From assembly GCF_009914755.1 (NCBI RefSeq), contig NC_060942.1: 64,000 nt of DNA. One strand, written 5' to 3'. Within the stretch, counting starts at the first letter, position 1; every line of letters begins with the position of its first letter. The DNA is from the human T2T-CHM13v2.0 reference genome, Homo sapiens. Positions 41,166 through 57,075 of the stretch are shown in pieces. Under the pieces are notes generated by a model that was not told the DNA's origin, ran no database searches, and saw nothing but the letters and a program-made list of their open reading frames with translations. A program made the translations under genes and the position numbers.

Positions 41166-41986
41166 TAGAGAGAACTTCTAGTATGGGAGATCAGGTCTCA
41201 TGGGTGGATGAGATAACAGGAAATGTTATGCCTCTTACTACAACAAAGACCAATGAAAGAGGAATCATTCTTGGGGGGTGGCAGGAGATGAAGAGTGTGG
41301 TCTCAGATGTGCTGAAGGCAAGGTGGATAATGAAGCTGTAGTAGGCTTGCACAAACACTTGTCTGGAATTTAGTAGAAACCAAGATGTACAAAGATCATT
41401 AAGAGTTCTACAGATTAGGGTGAGGTCAGCCACATGAGCATGGACAGAACCGGAACAAAGTTTCAAGGTCAGGGTAGAAACAAAAGTTGGATCAGAGTAG
41501 GTTGAGGAGTGAGGAAAAGGGGAGCAAATGTGGATAATTCTGGAAGCTTAGCAGCAGATGGGAATGTGAGAAACAGGACCATGTTCATGTCCTATCGTCC
41601 AACACATCATGTGAGGTCTTGATTCTTCAACACAAGAAAAGCCTTTCCTGACCACTCCAGCAACCTTTCCAAGCCTGAATTTAACACTTGCTGTGAGATG
41701 TACTCATGGCTACATTTAACGTTCTCTATTTTATTCAAGCATGCACATTCCTGACCACCACTATACGGGGAACGGCATTTTTTCTCTTAAGACCTCCTGG
41801 ACAGCAGACTGGTGGCACTCAGCAAGTGTCTGTCAGTCTGTCTGCAGCAAGTAAGATGTCTGGGGAGTGTAAGTCCAGGTGGTCATCATGCTGAAGGCCA
41901 CAGACCCCCAGGCAAGGCCTGGGCCACCCTGTTCCACCTGAACCTCTAAGGCTGGGCTGGACAGGCTAATGCCCAGCAGGCACTTA

Positions 41987-42085
<99 letters not shown>

Positions 42086-42953
42086 CTAGAGAGACAAAAG
42101 CCAGTGCTTGGTTAGTTTTAACAAGTCGTGGATGTGTGATAAAGAAAAACTCATATATGGGTGGCGGTAGTTATTGTTACTATTATATTATTAATCCAGA
42201 AGGATGGAAGAAATTTCAGAGACCTGGGGTAAGATTCCAGCTCTGACACTGCTATCTTGCTGTGACCAAAATCAAGTCCTTCCTATTTAAGGGTTCCTTG
42301 AATTACATGGGGGACAGACTACCCCCTAATGTGCCTAACTCCCAGTGCTGTGGATCAAATAAGATGAAAGGTGGGCAAATACTGTAGGAGAGATTTGGTC
42401 ACTGTGCACCGGAAGCCTGCTCTTCCTAAACCTGAGGGCCTGGGACCCTGACATCCGATGCCTGGGTATCCTGGAAATAATTTGTTATACTAAATGTCCA
42501 GAATGGCAAACTCATAGGAACAAATGTTAGGTGGTGGCTGCCAGGGACTTGACAAGCATTCTCTTCTCTTCTCTCCAGAGACACAATGGGCAGAACAGCC
42601 ACAGAGACCCCACAGCAGGAGAAGTTGCTTTTAGTCTCCTGATCCACAGCTTCCTTAAGCCTCCTCTCTAACCTATAAATTCCAGGCCCTCTTGCCTCCC
42701 ACACTAGGTGTCTTTGGCCCTGTGGCACAGCCCCACCACAGGCGTTAACATACTTATGGAGGCTACGGTCGGCCCCTTCCCTCCTCCCTCTGTTAGTTCC
42801 TTGTGGTGAAGGTATTGGAGTTTCCTTCTTCTAAGGACACAAGATAGAGCTGGATGGCTGAGGCTACTGATGTCAAGGCTGCTGTGATGGCTTCCCTCTC
42901 ACCCTGCCGCCATCCTTCATCTACAGAGAGGCCAGCCCTGCACATGCACCTCA

Positions 42954-43133
<180 letters not shown>

Positions 43134-43214
43134 CTAGAAACAATCACAGGAAGAATGATGAAAGTGACATCTCCTGCACCTTACATGTTTCCTCTCAAAG
43201 CTGCTTTTCAACAT

Positions 43215-43760
43215 ATACCTGAGAACGGAAAACACACATCCACGCCAAAACCCACACACCAACCTGCACAGCAGCGTTACTCCCAAAAGCGCCACAAGGT
43301 AGGAACAACCCAAATACCAACTGATGAATGGACAAACAAATGTGGTACCTCCATACAATGGATTATTCAACATTATTAATAAATTCAATATAAAGAAATG
43401 ACCTCCTGATCCATGCCACAACATGGACACACCTCAAAAAAATTATACCAAGTGAAAGCAGCCAGACACAAACGTTCGTATAGTGTGTGATTCCATTTAC
43501 ATGAAATATCCAGGGAATAGAAAGTAGGTTATTGGTTGCTAGGGGTTGGGGGAGAAAGGGGAAGAGGAAGGGGAAGAAGGGGAGAAAGGGAGTGCCTGCT
43601 AAGGGGGACAGGATTTCTTTTTGGAGTAATAAAAATATTCCCAGACTTTTAGTGGTGATGACTGCATAAATTGGTGAACATCCTGAAACCCAGTGAATTG
43701 TGTGCTTCAAAAGGGTGAATTTTGTAATGTATGAATGACAATTCAATTTTTTAAATGGTA
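43215..43760 (+). mobile_element. Old L1 (L1MB/MC-like) 3' UTR
   Basis: acaacccaaataccaactgatgaatggacaaacaaatgtgg...aagggtgaattttgtaatgtatgaat. Confidence 0.75.
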
Positions 43761-44795
43761 GGAAAAAAGTTGCTTTCCCATACAATCTCACTCAATCTTC
43801 ACCTGCAAAGATGCGCAGAACTTCATTTCCTTGTGGTGTGGTAGGAGGTGGCTATGCTTTAATACACCTAAGTTTAAGTTCTATTTTTCTACATTATTGC
43901 ATCTTGTCAAGTTAACTTCCCTGATACCTGTTTTCTCATCAGAATAGGGATAAGCCTATGCCTGTTATATGGGGTTGTTATGAATACTAAATAAGAGGTT
44001 AATATCTTCATCTGTAACAAGGTGAAGATGCAGGCCTTGGATGAGGCGCTGGTGACAGAGTCCCAGCCATCAAGAAGTTCAGTCTGACAGGAACACAGTC
44101 CTGTCATCATCCCTTGGGGAAGTCAATGCTGGGGCTAGAATAAAGTATTACAAGGCTTTTACCACACTCCTGCAGGGGTTGGGGGAAAAGGAGGGAGGGA
44201 AAAGGAACATACAGGCCCCATTCACTAACCTTGAGCAATTCCAATCTCAACAGAAGAGAGGCTAAATGCTACAGCCTCAGATGCTAGGCTCTGCTCCTTC
44301 TCACCTACCCTGTGCCCTCTTCCTTTAACCCCCACTTAAGTGCATGGCTCCCCTCTCCTGCCATTGTGTCTGAAATCCCTAGTCTAGTGTCTGAGGACTC
44401 CCTGATCAGATCCCACTCACCCCTCTCAGACAATACCTTGCAAAACCATCCAACTGGTCACGTTGCTGTCTCATAGGCACAATGCTCACTACTCCTGCCT
44501 CTATACCTTTGCTTACTGTGCTATTTTTACTTGAAATACCCCCACCCCTTTCTCTTCTATACTTATCCTGAGAGGCCCCTCTCTCAAGGTTGAGCCCTGC
44601 CCCTCCCGTGACCCTCTCCCAAAGCACCCATCACTCCTGTCTGTGTCTCCCACAGGCTCTGTGGTGTCCTGGGACACCCTCACCCCCTCAAGGTCTGTGT
44701 TGAATCCTGAGCTCTACACTTGCTGAGACTTCCCTTCCTCCTGAGAACAAGGGCTGAGGAGAGGACTGAATGAGAGAATCCGTGTAAGCATGTAG

Positions 44796-45179
<384 letters not shown>

Positions 45180-46409
45180 TACATGAATGATCTTTCTGAA
45201 CCACGTAAGTACAGATGCTTAAGAAAGTTGTATTTTTGATCTGAAGAAACAACATAGAATTTTAGATCTGGAACAAATGTAAAGGTCAACTTTCACCTCC
45301 ATGTGGCAGGTGAGGATGTAGGCGACTGGGGAGAAGGAACCTACCGGAATCCTGCTCCAACCTCTGTTCCCTCCACCACCAAGCACAATGGTCAGCACCA
45401 GCTCTCAAAGGGCTGCTAGTCAGTGGCTGAGCCTGGGCTAGAACCTCGGCCTCCGGATGCCCAGGTCAGAATTTGTTTCAATACAGAAATATAGCCTTGT
45501 CATTTAAACCCACAATATCAAGGAAGTAGAAATATAAAAGGGCTTCAGATATAGCCTTGACTTTTGAGGTACTTGCAACAACAATTAAATACATAAGATA
45601 ACACTTCCATGAAACATTTCTCTAGCTGACATCATCTCCTGAGACTTGTAGGAGATTCAGGCTAAGGCAAGCTACCTACTGAAGATGCAGCATCATCTTC
45701 ATGTATGGCTACAGGTCCCATATAGCAGTGACAGCTCATGCTCTGGTGATGCTCTGCACTGCCGAGACCTTCAATAAATTAAGTTCCAGCCTAGTGGAGT
45801 ATTTACTGAGTACCTACAAAGGCTTTCATATCAACAGCATCATGCCAAGAGCTTGGAAAGAAAGAATCATGTAAGAATAGGTCCAAAATTCACAAAATAA
45901 TTCACTATTCTAGGTGAATTCAAAAAGTCCTAGAAGCATATCAAAACAACGCAATGAGTATGAGCTTTTTCACATTACAGTCTACAGTGGGCCCTGGCTC
46001 ATCTCCCTTCTGCAGTCAGAGATACCTGACAGTACAGAGTCATGGTATCACATCAGCACATTACAGTGTCCAGACAGAGTAGCAAGATGGTGCTGGTGGC
46101 ATACTAGAACTGTTCTCAGAACCTGTCAGATTCAGGTGACTTCGCACACTCAAAGGCAGTTTCTGCAACCTTATTAGGTACCTTTGTGCTGGAGTTCCAG
46201 GGTGATATGATGGGGGTTATAAAACACATGATGACCATCCCATTTCCATGGGGCTTCTTGCAACCTGACCTCACTTAAGGCAGGCATAAGACCATCAGCA
46301 ACTACCCAGGTCACGTCCAAGGAGAAACTGGAGAGATGCAGACACTTTGCTCAGTGAACCCCCCTCAGTCTGACGACTCTGGTATTTTTCACATATTAAA
46401 GTAACCCAT

Positions 46410-46444
46410 ATCACTTCTAGGCCTTTTGGATAAGATCAAGCATA
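46410..46444 (+). pseudogene. U2 snRNA 5' fragment (nt 1-35), tailless retrocopy
   Basis: atcacttctaggccttttggataagatcaagcata matches U2 ATCGCTTCTCGGCCTTTTGGCTAAGATCAAGTGTA at 30/35. Degenerate TSD aaagtaacccat/aaagcaacttgt. Confidence 0.85.
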
Positions 46445-47399
46445 AAGCAACTTGTATGAATTCCACGGATCCAAGGGTTTGTTTTCAGCAAGACTTAAGC
46501 CTCACCTTATGCAGGAACACTTCACTATCACAGTGGATTAGAATGAGTGTGCCCACCTGCACATACGTACAAGGTTACAATGCCTAATGTTTAAAACAGC
46601 ACCTAATGCTGGTGAAAATTATGGGCTAATCTTCTACATCAAGCATTTTAAACTAAAAACATACAAAAAAATTAGTTCCTCTTACCTCATTCTTAGTTAT
46701 TACAAAGTTCATACATCTTAGTAGCTTCAGTTTTAGAGTCAAGAGAAATTAACACAAGTCAGTGTTTTGTTTTACACAGCACAGGAGCTAGTCTAATGGG
46801 TTATAAAGCCATGAAACAACTGTGTTTCATGTGCACCTACATGGACAATCATGCGGGAATCAACACGTGTCAGTTTCACTTTTCCCTCACACTCCTCATT
46901 TCTCACAGACACACCAACCATTAGAAGCATCCAATTTCCATTTTCCACCAGAGTGACTTGCATGCAAATAAAAGTTGCAGTTCCTTAGTTCTCTGGCCTG
47001 GGTTCTAAGTTCAGTCTAAAAGCACCAACCAATGATCTTAAGGCCATCTCTGGTGAGCAGCCCAAGCCCATTCTCACTGCTGGCTATTCTGTGGCTACAA
47101 TAGGCTGCTGACACCATGATTAGCACTAGAGAATGCTACCATATTTCTGAGCAAAGCACACCTCAAATCCCTGCTTGAGGGCATGGAAGGGATAATCCTA
47201 TTCACAATATGCAGAGTCTAAATAGCTCCATGGAAGGAGATAAAGAGACAAATCCCTGCTAAGGATACTGATGATATTGTTGTCAGGCAGGTACCCTGGA
47301 GGGTACCCCAGTGAGATCACTAAGGATGCCCCCAAGTGTTAGCTGCCAACAGGTGACAATTCTGTTCCTATTCTCAGCTTCTCAGCATCTTTGAAATAA

Positions 47400-49102
<1,703 letters not shown>

Positions 49103-49344
49103 AAATTTTCCTCCCTCTCTTCATGCATGGCATTTCAAAGTCATAAATATTGTCTTTTTAGATGGCAAGGTAACTAGTGAGCTGTCAGAAATAAAAACAC
49201 AATTTAAGATCTGTGGCTAAAATCCATATGCCAACATCATAAAAAACCGATATTTGTATTAGGTACTCAATTCCATGTGCAGTCAAAGCAGAGAAAGTAA
49301 ATACTAGGTCACTGACTGTCAAGAAACTAGATTGACTAGTTTGT

Positions 49345-49850
49345 GCATTCATTCATTCATCCACACATTATCCATCAACACTTACTGACGCTCAAATATG
49401 CAACAAATGTTGTGCTAGGAACTGGTAAAACAAAAGTGTTATAGAAGAAGCCTAGCCTCTTCTATATCATGGAGTTTATGGTCTAGCATGGAAGGTGAAT
49501 GCTAATGAAAATAACCCACAATTAAAAACATAATGACAAGAAGATGAATATCCTAAAGGAAATCAACAACAAAGATGCGACTAAATCGGGGGTCTGGGAT
49601 GTGGGAAATGAAGACAGGATTCTCTTAGGGAGGGAAGTCTGAACTGTAGGACATTGGATGGGGAGGACAGCATGTTATGGGGTGGAAGTAATGGCACCTA
49701 TGAAGGAGCTCTGTGCATTCGGGGGGCTAAGATAAAGCTGGTCAACGTACAATGTACACAGTGAGAAGGAAGCAAGAGGGACTAGCTCATGTAGGCCTCA
49801 GTTAAGAATTTTTATTTTTATCCTAAGAGCAATGGGAAGCCATTAAAGGG
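49345..49850 (-). mobile_element. L2 LINE 3' fragment
   Basis: cattcattcattcatc...cttactgacgctcaaatatgcaac...tatcctaagagcaatgggaagccattaaaggg. Confidence 0.65.
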
Positions 49851-51896
49851 TTAAAATAACAGGGGCTAATATTTATTGAGCACGTTGACTATGCCTGGCA
49901 CACATGAACTCCTCCAAGCCTCCCAGTGGTGTAAGCACCATTGCACTCTATTTTACAGATGAGGAAACTGAGACTTAGGGCCCAAGATCACAGAGCTGTA
50001 CGTAGCATAGTCAGGATTTGAACCCAGACAGCCTGTCTCCAGAGTCCAAGCAACAATGCACCACAGAGAACGGCAATGACTAGAACCAGCAATGGCAGTT
50101 CTTTCTAAACAGATCCCTGGCTACAGCATAAGGAAGAGCCCACTGCACATGAAGCCCTGTCCTGGGTGCCTAGAGGAGTCAAGGGAGACCATGGAGACCA
50201 GAAGAGCTTACAACCTAGCAGTGAGCTCAGAAGTAATGAGGTATAGCAGGAAGGGCATGGGGCTGGGTCAGGAGACCTGAACTTTAGATATGACCCTGCA
50301 ACTTGATAGCCGTGTGGCCCATGGCAAACCTCTCAGGCTTACTAGATTTTAACTTGCTCATTTATATAAATGGAAGAGCTGACCAGATGATTCCTTTAAG
50401 TCACTCCCTGACCTGGATTCCTGCATTTTCTTATACTTGAATCACTCCATCCCCTGGCTTCTATCCACCAAGCATACAGCTACGTTCAAGCTTCTCTGTT
50501 GCTTCAAACCCCTCCCTGTTCAGCCTGTCTCTCTTCTCACTTTACCATCGATCACCTCGAGCAAGGCATCCACAGACAGACACCGCCTTCCACGCCGCTC
50601 CTCCTCAGACCTCCCTCCACCAGATGGCCTCCTCCCCATGCTGCTGAAATGTACCTTGAAAGCAACTCCAGTGCTTGTCAAGTCCAATGGCTAGAAGTGG
50701 TGTGCTTTCATTTTTGATCCTACCCGACCTCTTCAAAGGCCTCTGTGCCACTGGCCCACGCCTCCTTGTAAAGGTCCCTTCCTGACACTTAGCAGTTCTG
50801 CTTCCTCTAATCTTCTCCCTGCCCGGCGCCCTTCCCAGAACCTCCCACGGGGCTTTTTCCTGCACTTCCATCCTTTGCATTGCCATTTTCCAGAGCCTCA
50901 TCCTCACCACTTACCTCAGTCCCTGGGGACAGTCTCCCCTAGGCCATGGCTCCAACCATCCCTCCCAGATCCTGCCACTCCAGTCTGGATCTTTTCCTGT
51001 TACTATGATTCACAATTCCAGCTCGCTCTTCTTTCCTCTAGGTGTTCCACTGGGAACTCCGAATTCAATACAGCCCAAACCACCTTCACCCACTGACTTC
51101 CTAGGTTAGGCTAGAATCCTGTCCTCACCCTACTTCCTATATCTCAATCAAGTACCAAGTTCTGCCCACAGGGGAGTATCATGCAGTCCTTTTTTTTTTC
51201 ATTAATCTGGAGCTGGAGCTGCTGCTCCAGCTCAGGACTACCCAGCTCTCTCCTGGATCACTACAGTCACCGAAAGCGTGAGGGCATACCTCCGGGCACA
51301 CCTTCACCCAAACACATTCCAACCAACAGCCAGAGTTTTCTCTGGATGCAAACCTTATCCAGTAGCCACATGTTAAAGGCCCATTTGTTTGTCCTCACTG
51401 TCTATGGCAGAAAGCCATAGATGAACAGTGTTCAGGTGAACTAAACACTGAGAGTGGCAGGAGCAGAATGGGCTGGTGGAGGGGAGGAGGGGAGGAGGAG
51501 GAGGAGGAGAGGAGAGCTGGGCCTGGGGGCTCCATGGACCAGGGCCAGAGAGCCAAGACACAGGTAAGAAAGGACAAAGTGGCCCGTCAGACTGGTGCTG
51601 AGAAAGCTCCATGGGGAAATAATGGGAGGCTGGAGGCAGGTTCACATTTTGAAGATGCCATTGTGATTCATGCCTGTCTGTCATGGCAAAGCAAAACACT
51701 GGCTTATTAAATAATTCTAATTCATATACTTTCTGAAGTGAATTTTCAAGATGTTTGAGGCATGGGTAGAAGTTACCAATCTGCATAACTATACTATTGG
51801 GTAGTGGGGAGGGGGTTAAATTTACAGAAATCATTCATAGTAGCTTTTACTGTAAAAAAAAAAAAATATTAAGCCCTAAGGTCATTAACAGGTACA

Positions 51897-52203
51897 GATT
51901 GAGTATCCGTTATTCAAAATTTGAGAATTTTGAGACCAGAAGTGTTTCAGATTTTGGAGAATTTACATTATACTTACTGGTTGAGCATCCCTAATCTGAA
52001 AATCCAAAATGCAAAAATACTCCAGTAAGCATTTCCTCCCATCCATGCACTAACCAGGCCCGACCCTGCTTAGTTTCTGAGATCAGATAAGCTCAGGCAC
52101 GTTCAGGGTGGTATGGCCGTAGATGCATTTCCTTTGAGTGTCATATTGGTGCTCAAAAAGTTTCAAATTTTAGAGCATTCTAGATTTGTGATGCTTGATC
52201 TGT
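51897..52203. mobile_element. Tigger4/MER46 (Zombi) MITE, interrupted by a 5S copy
   Basis: cagattgagtatcc...gaccagaagtgtttcagattttgg...gcatttcctttgagtgtcatattggtgctcaaaaagtttc...gatgcttgatctg followed by TA. Confidence 0.8.
52036..52124 (-). pseudogene. 5S rRNA pseudogene, nt 1-89, 3'-truncated and tailless
   Basis: Reverse complement ATCTACGGCCATACCACCCTGAACGTGCC...GGTTAGTGCATGGATGGGAG is 79/89 identical to human 5S by manual comparison. 9-bp TSD gcatttcct at 52029-52037 and 52125-52133. Confidence 0.95.
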
Positions 52204-52391
52204 ATGAAAAATCACACTAGGAACTTGGAAATCAGAATCACCAATGGGAGAATTTTAAGATTTCAGCCCCTTTCTCCTGCTTCCATTAGAAAGGCTATCT
52301 ATGCTTTTAATTTTATACATTAAACAGGGACTTTGTAACTTAAGAACAGAAAGTAAAAACTGTCCAAGGCAGATTTGTACCTAAGCTGGCA

Positions 52392-52570
52392 CTGTGCTAT
52401 AATCTGGATACAAACATAATCAAGGTTTAGTCTGAAGAATTTGTATGTTATTTGAAAAGCTAGGTTTTCGTTTAAGTTCCTGCTGTTGAGACTGCATTTG
52501 GAAGTGGCAGGATCTGGGATTTAGAGGGAGATGACTGTGTTGGAATATTAGTTCTCAAAAGGAGGTACAG
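52392..52570 (+). repeat. Copy A of a ~180-bp dispersed direct repeat
   Basis: Aligns to 54563-54744 at about 80% identity by manual alignment. Confidence 0.9.
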
Positions 52571-52647
52571 TATGCTTCGTATTCTATTCAAAATTTGTTT
52601 TATAAACTCAAATGAACATAAGAGATCTAGTTTGATGACAGGACTGA

Positions 52648-53140
<493 letters not shown>

Positions 53141-53635
53141 GTAGTCACCAAGCTCTTACTTGACAAAGGACCCATACAAAGGATCACATTTCTGAGCGAA
53201 AAGAAGTTTTTAAATTTTTATTTTTTAATTGACGCATAATAACTGTACATACATGGGGTACCTAGTTTTGACATATATAGTGTATAGTAATCAGATCAGG
53301 GCAATTGACAAACTCCAATTATGTGTTTAGAGTTATTAAGCAGTCTGTTTATAAGCTGACTGAGCAGTAAGAGAGCTGCCACAATTTACCTTAGGGCAGC
53401 CACCCGGGCATTTCTCACAATTTGTCCCCTTCGAACTCAAACACTCAAGCTAGCACCTCCAGACAAACCAATATTTTCCTGTCACTTGTTTAAAACCTGT
53501 ACATAGGGACTGGCTTTGGTATTCTCTGCTATTCATTCCTATATATAGCTTTTAAAAGCCTGGGGCAAATCAAAAAGGGACTAAGAAGCATGAAAAAACT
53601 TTGTAAAGGCCATTTGGCAGTTTAAAAAAAGTCAA

Positions 53636-53808
53636 CGTGCAGGTTTGTTACATCTGTATACATATGTATACATGTGCCATGTTGGTGTGCTGCACCCATT
53701 AACTCGTCATTTAGCATTAGGTATACCTCCTAATGCTATCTACATACGTAACAAACCTGCACGTTGTGCACATGTACCCTAAAACTTAAAGTATAATAAT
53801 AATAAAAT
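53636..53808 (+). mobile_element. Tiny 5'-inverted L1PA (twin priming)
   Basis: Antisense L1 3' UTR segment at 53636-53740, then a sense segment and A-rich tail. TSD aaaaagtcaa at 53626-53635 and 53809-53818. Confidence 0.92.
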
Positions 53809-54562
53809 AAAAAGTCAATTACAGCTGACACATAGCTGTTACCTTGGAAATCACACCTACTCATTTGTGTTTATAAGAATATAAAAGATATTTCCTCTGA
53901 AACAGACACATAAAGTTAAAATAAGACATAGTATAAGAACAGTTTGACTGGTGTCTCTTCCCCAGAATCTTTTCTTTAAAAAGAAATCTATGGCTGTAAA
54001 CATAATAAACACATTTTCCTTTCAATCAATTCTTTTTACATGACTAATGGTACCCTTTGGAGGGAAAAATCTCTGACATTTAGATGAATATTTTAAAAGG
54101 GTTTTAAATAGGCTTTGGAGGAAAAGTCTCAGTACTTCATTTTTTTTGGAAGACAACATGGACTCTCCTGTATCATAAGGGAGACGATATTGTTTTGTCA
54201 ACTAAAAAGTTATCCTACATAGTACCCTGCTTGGTTTAAGTATTGGCAGAAGCTTTTCAAATACCAGCACATCTTAAACAGGAAGCAAAGTACATTTGAG
54301 AACATTTTATAGTATGTTTATTATCTCAAGCTCCTATTCAGAAAATAAGTTAAAAAATTAAAAGTAAACATAAGATTTTTAAAAAGCAAACTTATTTGGT
54401 CAAAACAAGGTGTGTGTATATAACCTTTTAAAAACACATCAGTGTGGAAAGCAATGGACATGTGTACTTGTCATTCCTTGACAAGCTGAAGTCAAGCCAT
54501 AAGCAGCAGGAGGGAGAAGGGGAGTGAACACCTGGGCCTTGTGTGAGCTGTTCCTGCGACTC

Positions 54563-54744
54563 CTGTGCTGTAATTTGGGTACCAACATGACCAAGGTTCA
54601 GTCTGGTGAATTTGTATTTTATTTTAAAATCTAGGTTTTAATTGTAGGTCCCTGTCATTGAGACTGCACTTGGAAGTGGTAGGATCTCTGAGATTCAGAG
54701 GTGGATGAGTTTGTTGGAAAATTAATTCTGGGAAGGAGGTGTAG
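54563..54744 (+). repeat. Copy B of a ~180-bp dispersed direct repeat
   Basis: Shares blocks such as gaatttgtat, ctaggtttt, ttgagactgca, ttggaagtgg and aaggaggt with 52392-52570. Confidence 0.9.
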
Positions 54745-56550
54745 GGTTCATGAACTCAGGGTAAGTAGCTTTGGGCCAAGGTGGTCTCTGGACCACATTC
54801 ATCTCAAGATCCCTTATGCTGGGATAGAGTGGAAAGATGGCACTGGGATGCCTGTCCCATAGCCCAGAAATACTGCCCAGTACACCCTCACTGCCCAGCA
54901 CATGCTGGCACAAACACGTGACCCACAGCTTGTCCCTCTGACCTACATGTAGTGGTGGCCAGGAATAGGCAATCTTCAGAGGAAAAACATTCTCCTTTTA
55001 AAGTTTTCTTTTTCTCCTGGTTGATAAATTATTCCTTTTCACAATAAATAAAAACTGGAAAACTGGAAAAAAAAAAAAAGGAAAACCTCCATCCTTTAGT
55101 ATTTAAAGAAAATGACTCTGTTAATAACTTGAAGTCATGTTTTAAAGAGGCATCTCTTTACTTAAGTCTCTATTTACAGCTCCGATAGCTGAGAAAGCAA
55201 TTAGCTACATTACAACCGCTCAGACAATGGAACTGGCTTCACTAATTACATTCTCATTAACACCCTGTTATTTCACTGCTCGTAGTGGGAGTTCTTCGAA
55301 CATCCCTTTGGTTGGTAGAGTATATGGGTGTCTTCTATCCCCTACTGCTTAATTATTCATGATGACTTGTTAATTTCTTATCAAGGATGTCACCCAACAG
55401 AAAAAAAAAGTCTCTCATAAAATAAAAGTACTTTAGGTAAAATTATGAATTTACAAACAGGATTTGAGATTTAGCTGTGCTAAATGAAAACCAATAAAAA
55501 ATTAAGCGTTACAATTTTAATGTAATGACATAGAAACTTGTATCTTTCTAGGTTTTCATTTTTCTTTAATATGGAGTTAGAAACATATGCCTCATAGGGC
55601 TACTATGAAAACTAAAAATTTTAAAGAAAATAGACTCATCACTCAGTAAATGATGAGTTTTAAAGATACTAAAATGACAGATGCTGCCAGACATGCCCAT
55701 CTGCCCAAATGGTGTAGAGCATACTTAGAATCACTCTTTGATTTGCAGCTGCAGTCTGTGTATAGCCCATCTGCAGGTTTATGGTGATACAGCAACAATC
55801 TTTGCTTTCTGTCTTTTGAGACGTCTGAAACAGGCTAGGAGGGGCTCAGGGTAGAGAGTTCTCAAGCCCTCCTCCAGCTAGGGTCTGGTTAGCCAGAGCC
55901 CTTCTTGGTTAATCTCAGTGCTGCCAGCCAACATCACCACATCTCAGGGTTGTTGCTGGGATGGGGACAGGGGTGGCAAAAAGGTCACTGGCTCTTTAGA
56001 CGTTTTAGCTGGTGAGGGGGAAAGCTAGCATTGTGGTTAGTGGGCAGGAAAGAGGAGGAGGAAGTTGCATTTCAAGAGTAGATCACACCTATTTTGTCCT
56101 CCAACTTAGCAACATCTATACACTTTTGATGTGCATACTCTTTGAACCATCATCAATCTGCTTCTAAAATTTTACCCAACAGACATAATTGTACAGAAGT
56201 ATGCAAAGATATACATAAAGGATATTCATTGCTACATTATTTGAAATAGCAAATTATCAGCAGTTGTTTAAAAAAGAGAAATAGATGTGTACTCGTGTGG
56301 AAAGACAACCAAGATACAATGGTAACTGAAAAATTAAATTACAGAGGACTACGTGTCTATAATGTACTTATTTTAATCTTAAAAAGATGTACCAACATGC
56401 AGAATAGGGTATATTCTGACCCATCAAAAGATGGGTCAAGGAGTGGGAAAGAAGACTTATTTTATATATTTCTACAATACTTTAATTTTTTATGAGCTTA
56501 CATTTAATTTCTAATAAAAACCCAGTACCTGCAATCTAAAACAATATTCT

Positions 56551-57075
56551 TGTATAGAAAAGAGCTAACACAGCAGGCCTGCATCTGCTATCCTTAGAAA
56601 GGCTGCTTGACCCCTGGCTGGTGTCAGGGGAACTTGGATTTTTACCATTCCCTGATAAGAACAGTTCACTGTGCCTAAATTGTTCATGCAAACAATAATT
56701 TATGTTGAGCATCTGCTTTCCTTCTGGGAGTTTGGAATTTTGGTTTGTGCTAGGCTAAGGGTGCCTACATAATCAACCCCAAATAAAAACCCTGGCCGCC
56801 TGGGCTCAGGTGACCTTCCCTGGTAGGCATGTCAAAAGAAGTGTCATGACTTGCTTCTAGGGGGAATTACGTGCATCCTGTATGACTCCAGGTGGAAGGG
56901 ACTCTTGGAAGCTTGTGCCTGGTCTCCGGGAGACGTCACCCCATCCACCTCTCCCTTTGCTGAGTTTGCTGTTTACTTTTTGCTGTAACAAATTATAGCC
57001 ATAACTATATGCTAAGTTCTGTGAATCTTCCTAGCAAATGGTTGAACCTGGGGGTGGTCCTGGGGGCCACCAACC
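56551..57075 (+). mobile_element. MER68-like LTR
   Basis: tgtatagaaaagagctaacacagcaggcctg...tgctatccttagaaagg...ctgctttccttctgggag...gaacctgggggtggtcctggg. Confidence 0.75.

Noticed and set aside
43541-43592. G-rich polypurine tract (G4/H-DNA candidate), also at 48951-48975 and 51478-51515
   Set aside because: The first two lie in L1 3' UTRs and the third is a simple GGA repeat. Nothing indicates a locus-specific function.
46498-46545. Sense-strand ...ttctaat...tgttcctgcatAAG|GTGAGG as a microexon or recursive splice site next to the U2 copy
   Set aside because: The donor is good, but the pyrimidine tract is short with intervening AGs. Such motifs are common in a 16-kb intron and cannot be supported without junction reads.
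50963-50979. 17-nt inverted match to 52503-52519 (tcccagatcctgccact)
   Set aside because: It is isolated, does not extend, and resembles a common MIR-like motif, so it is probably chance.
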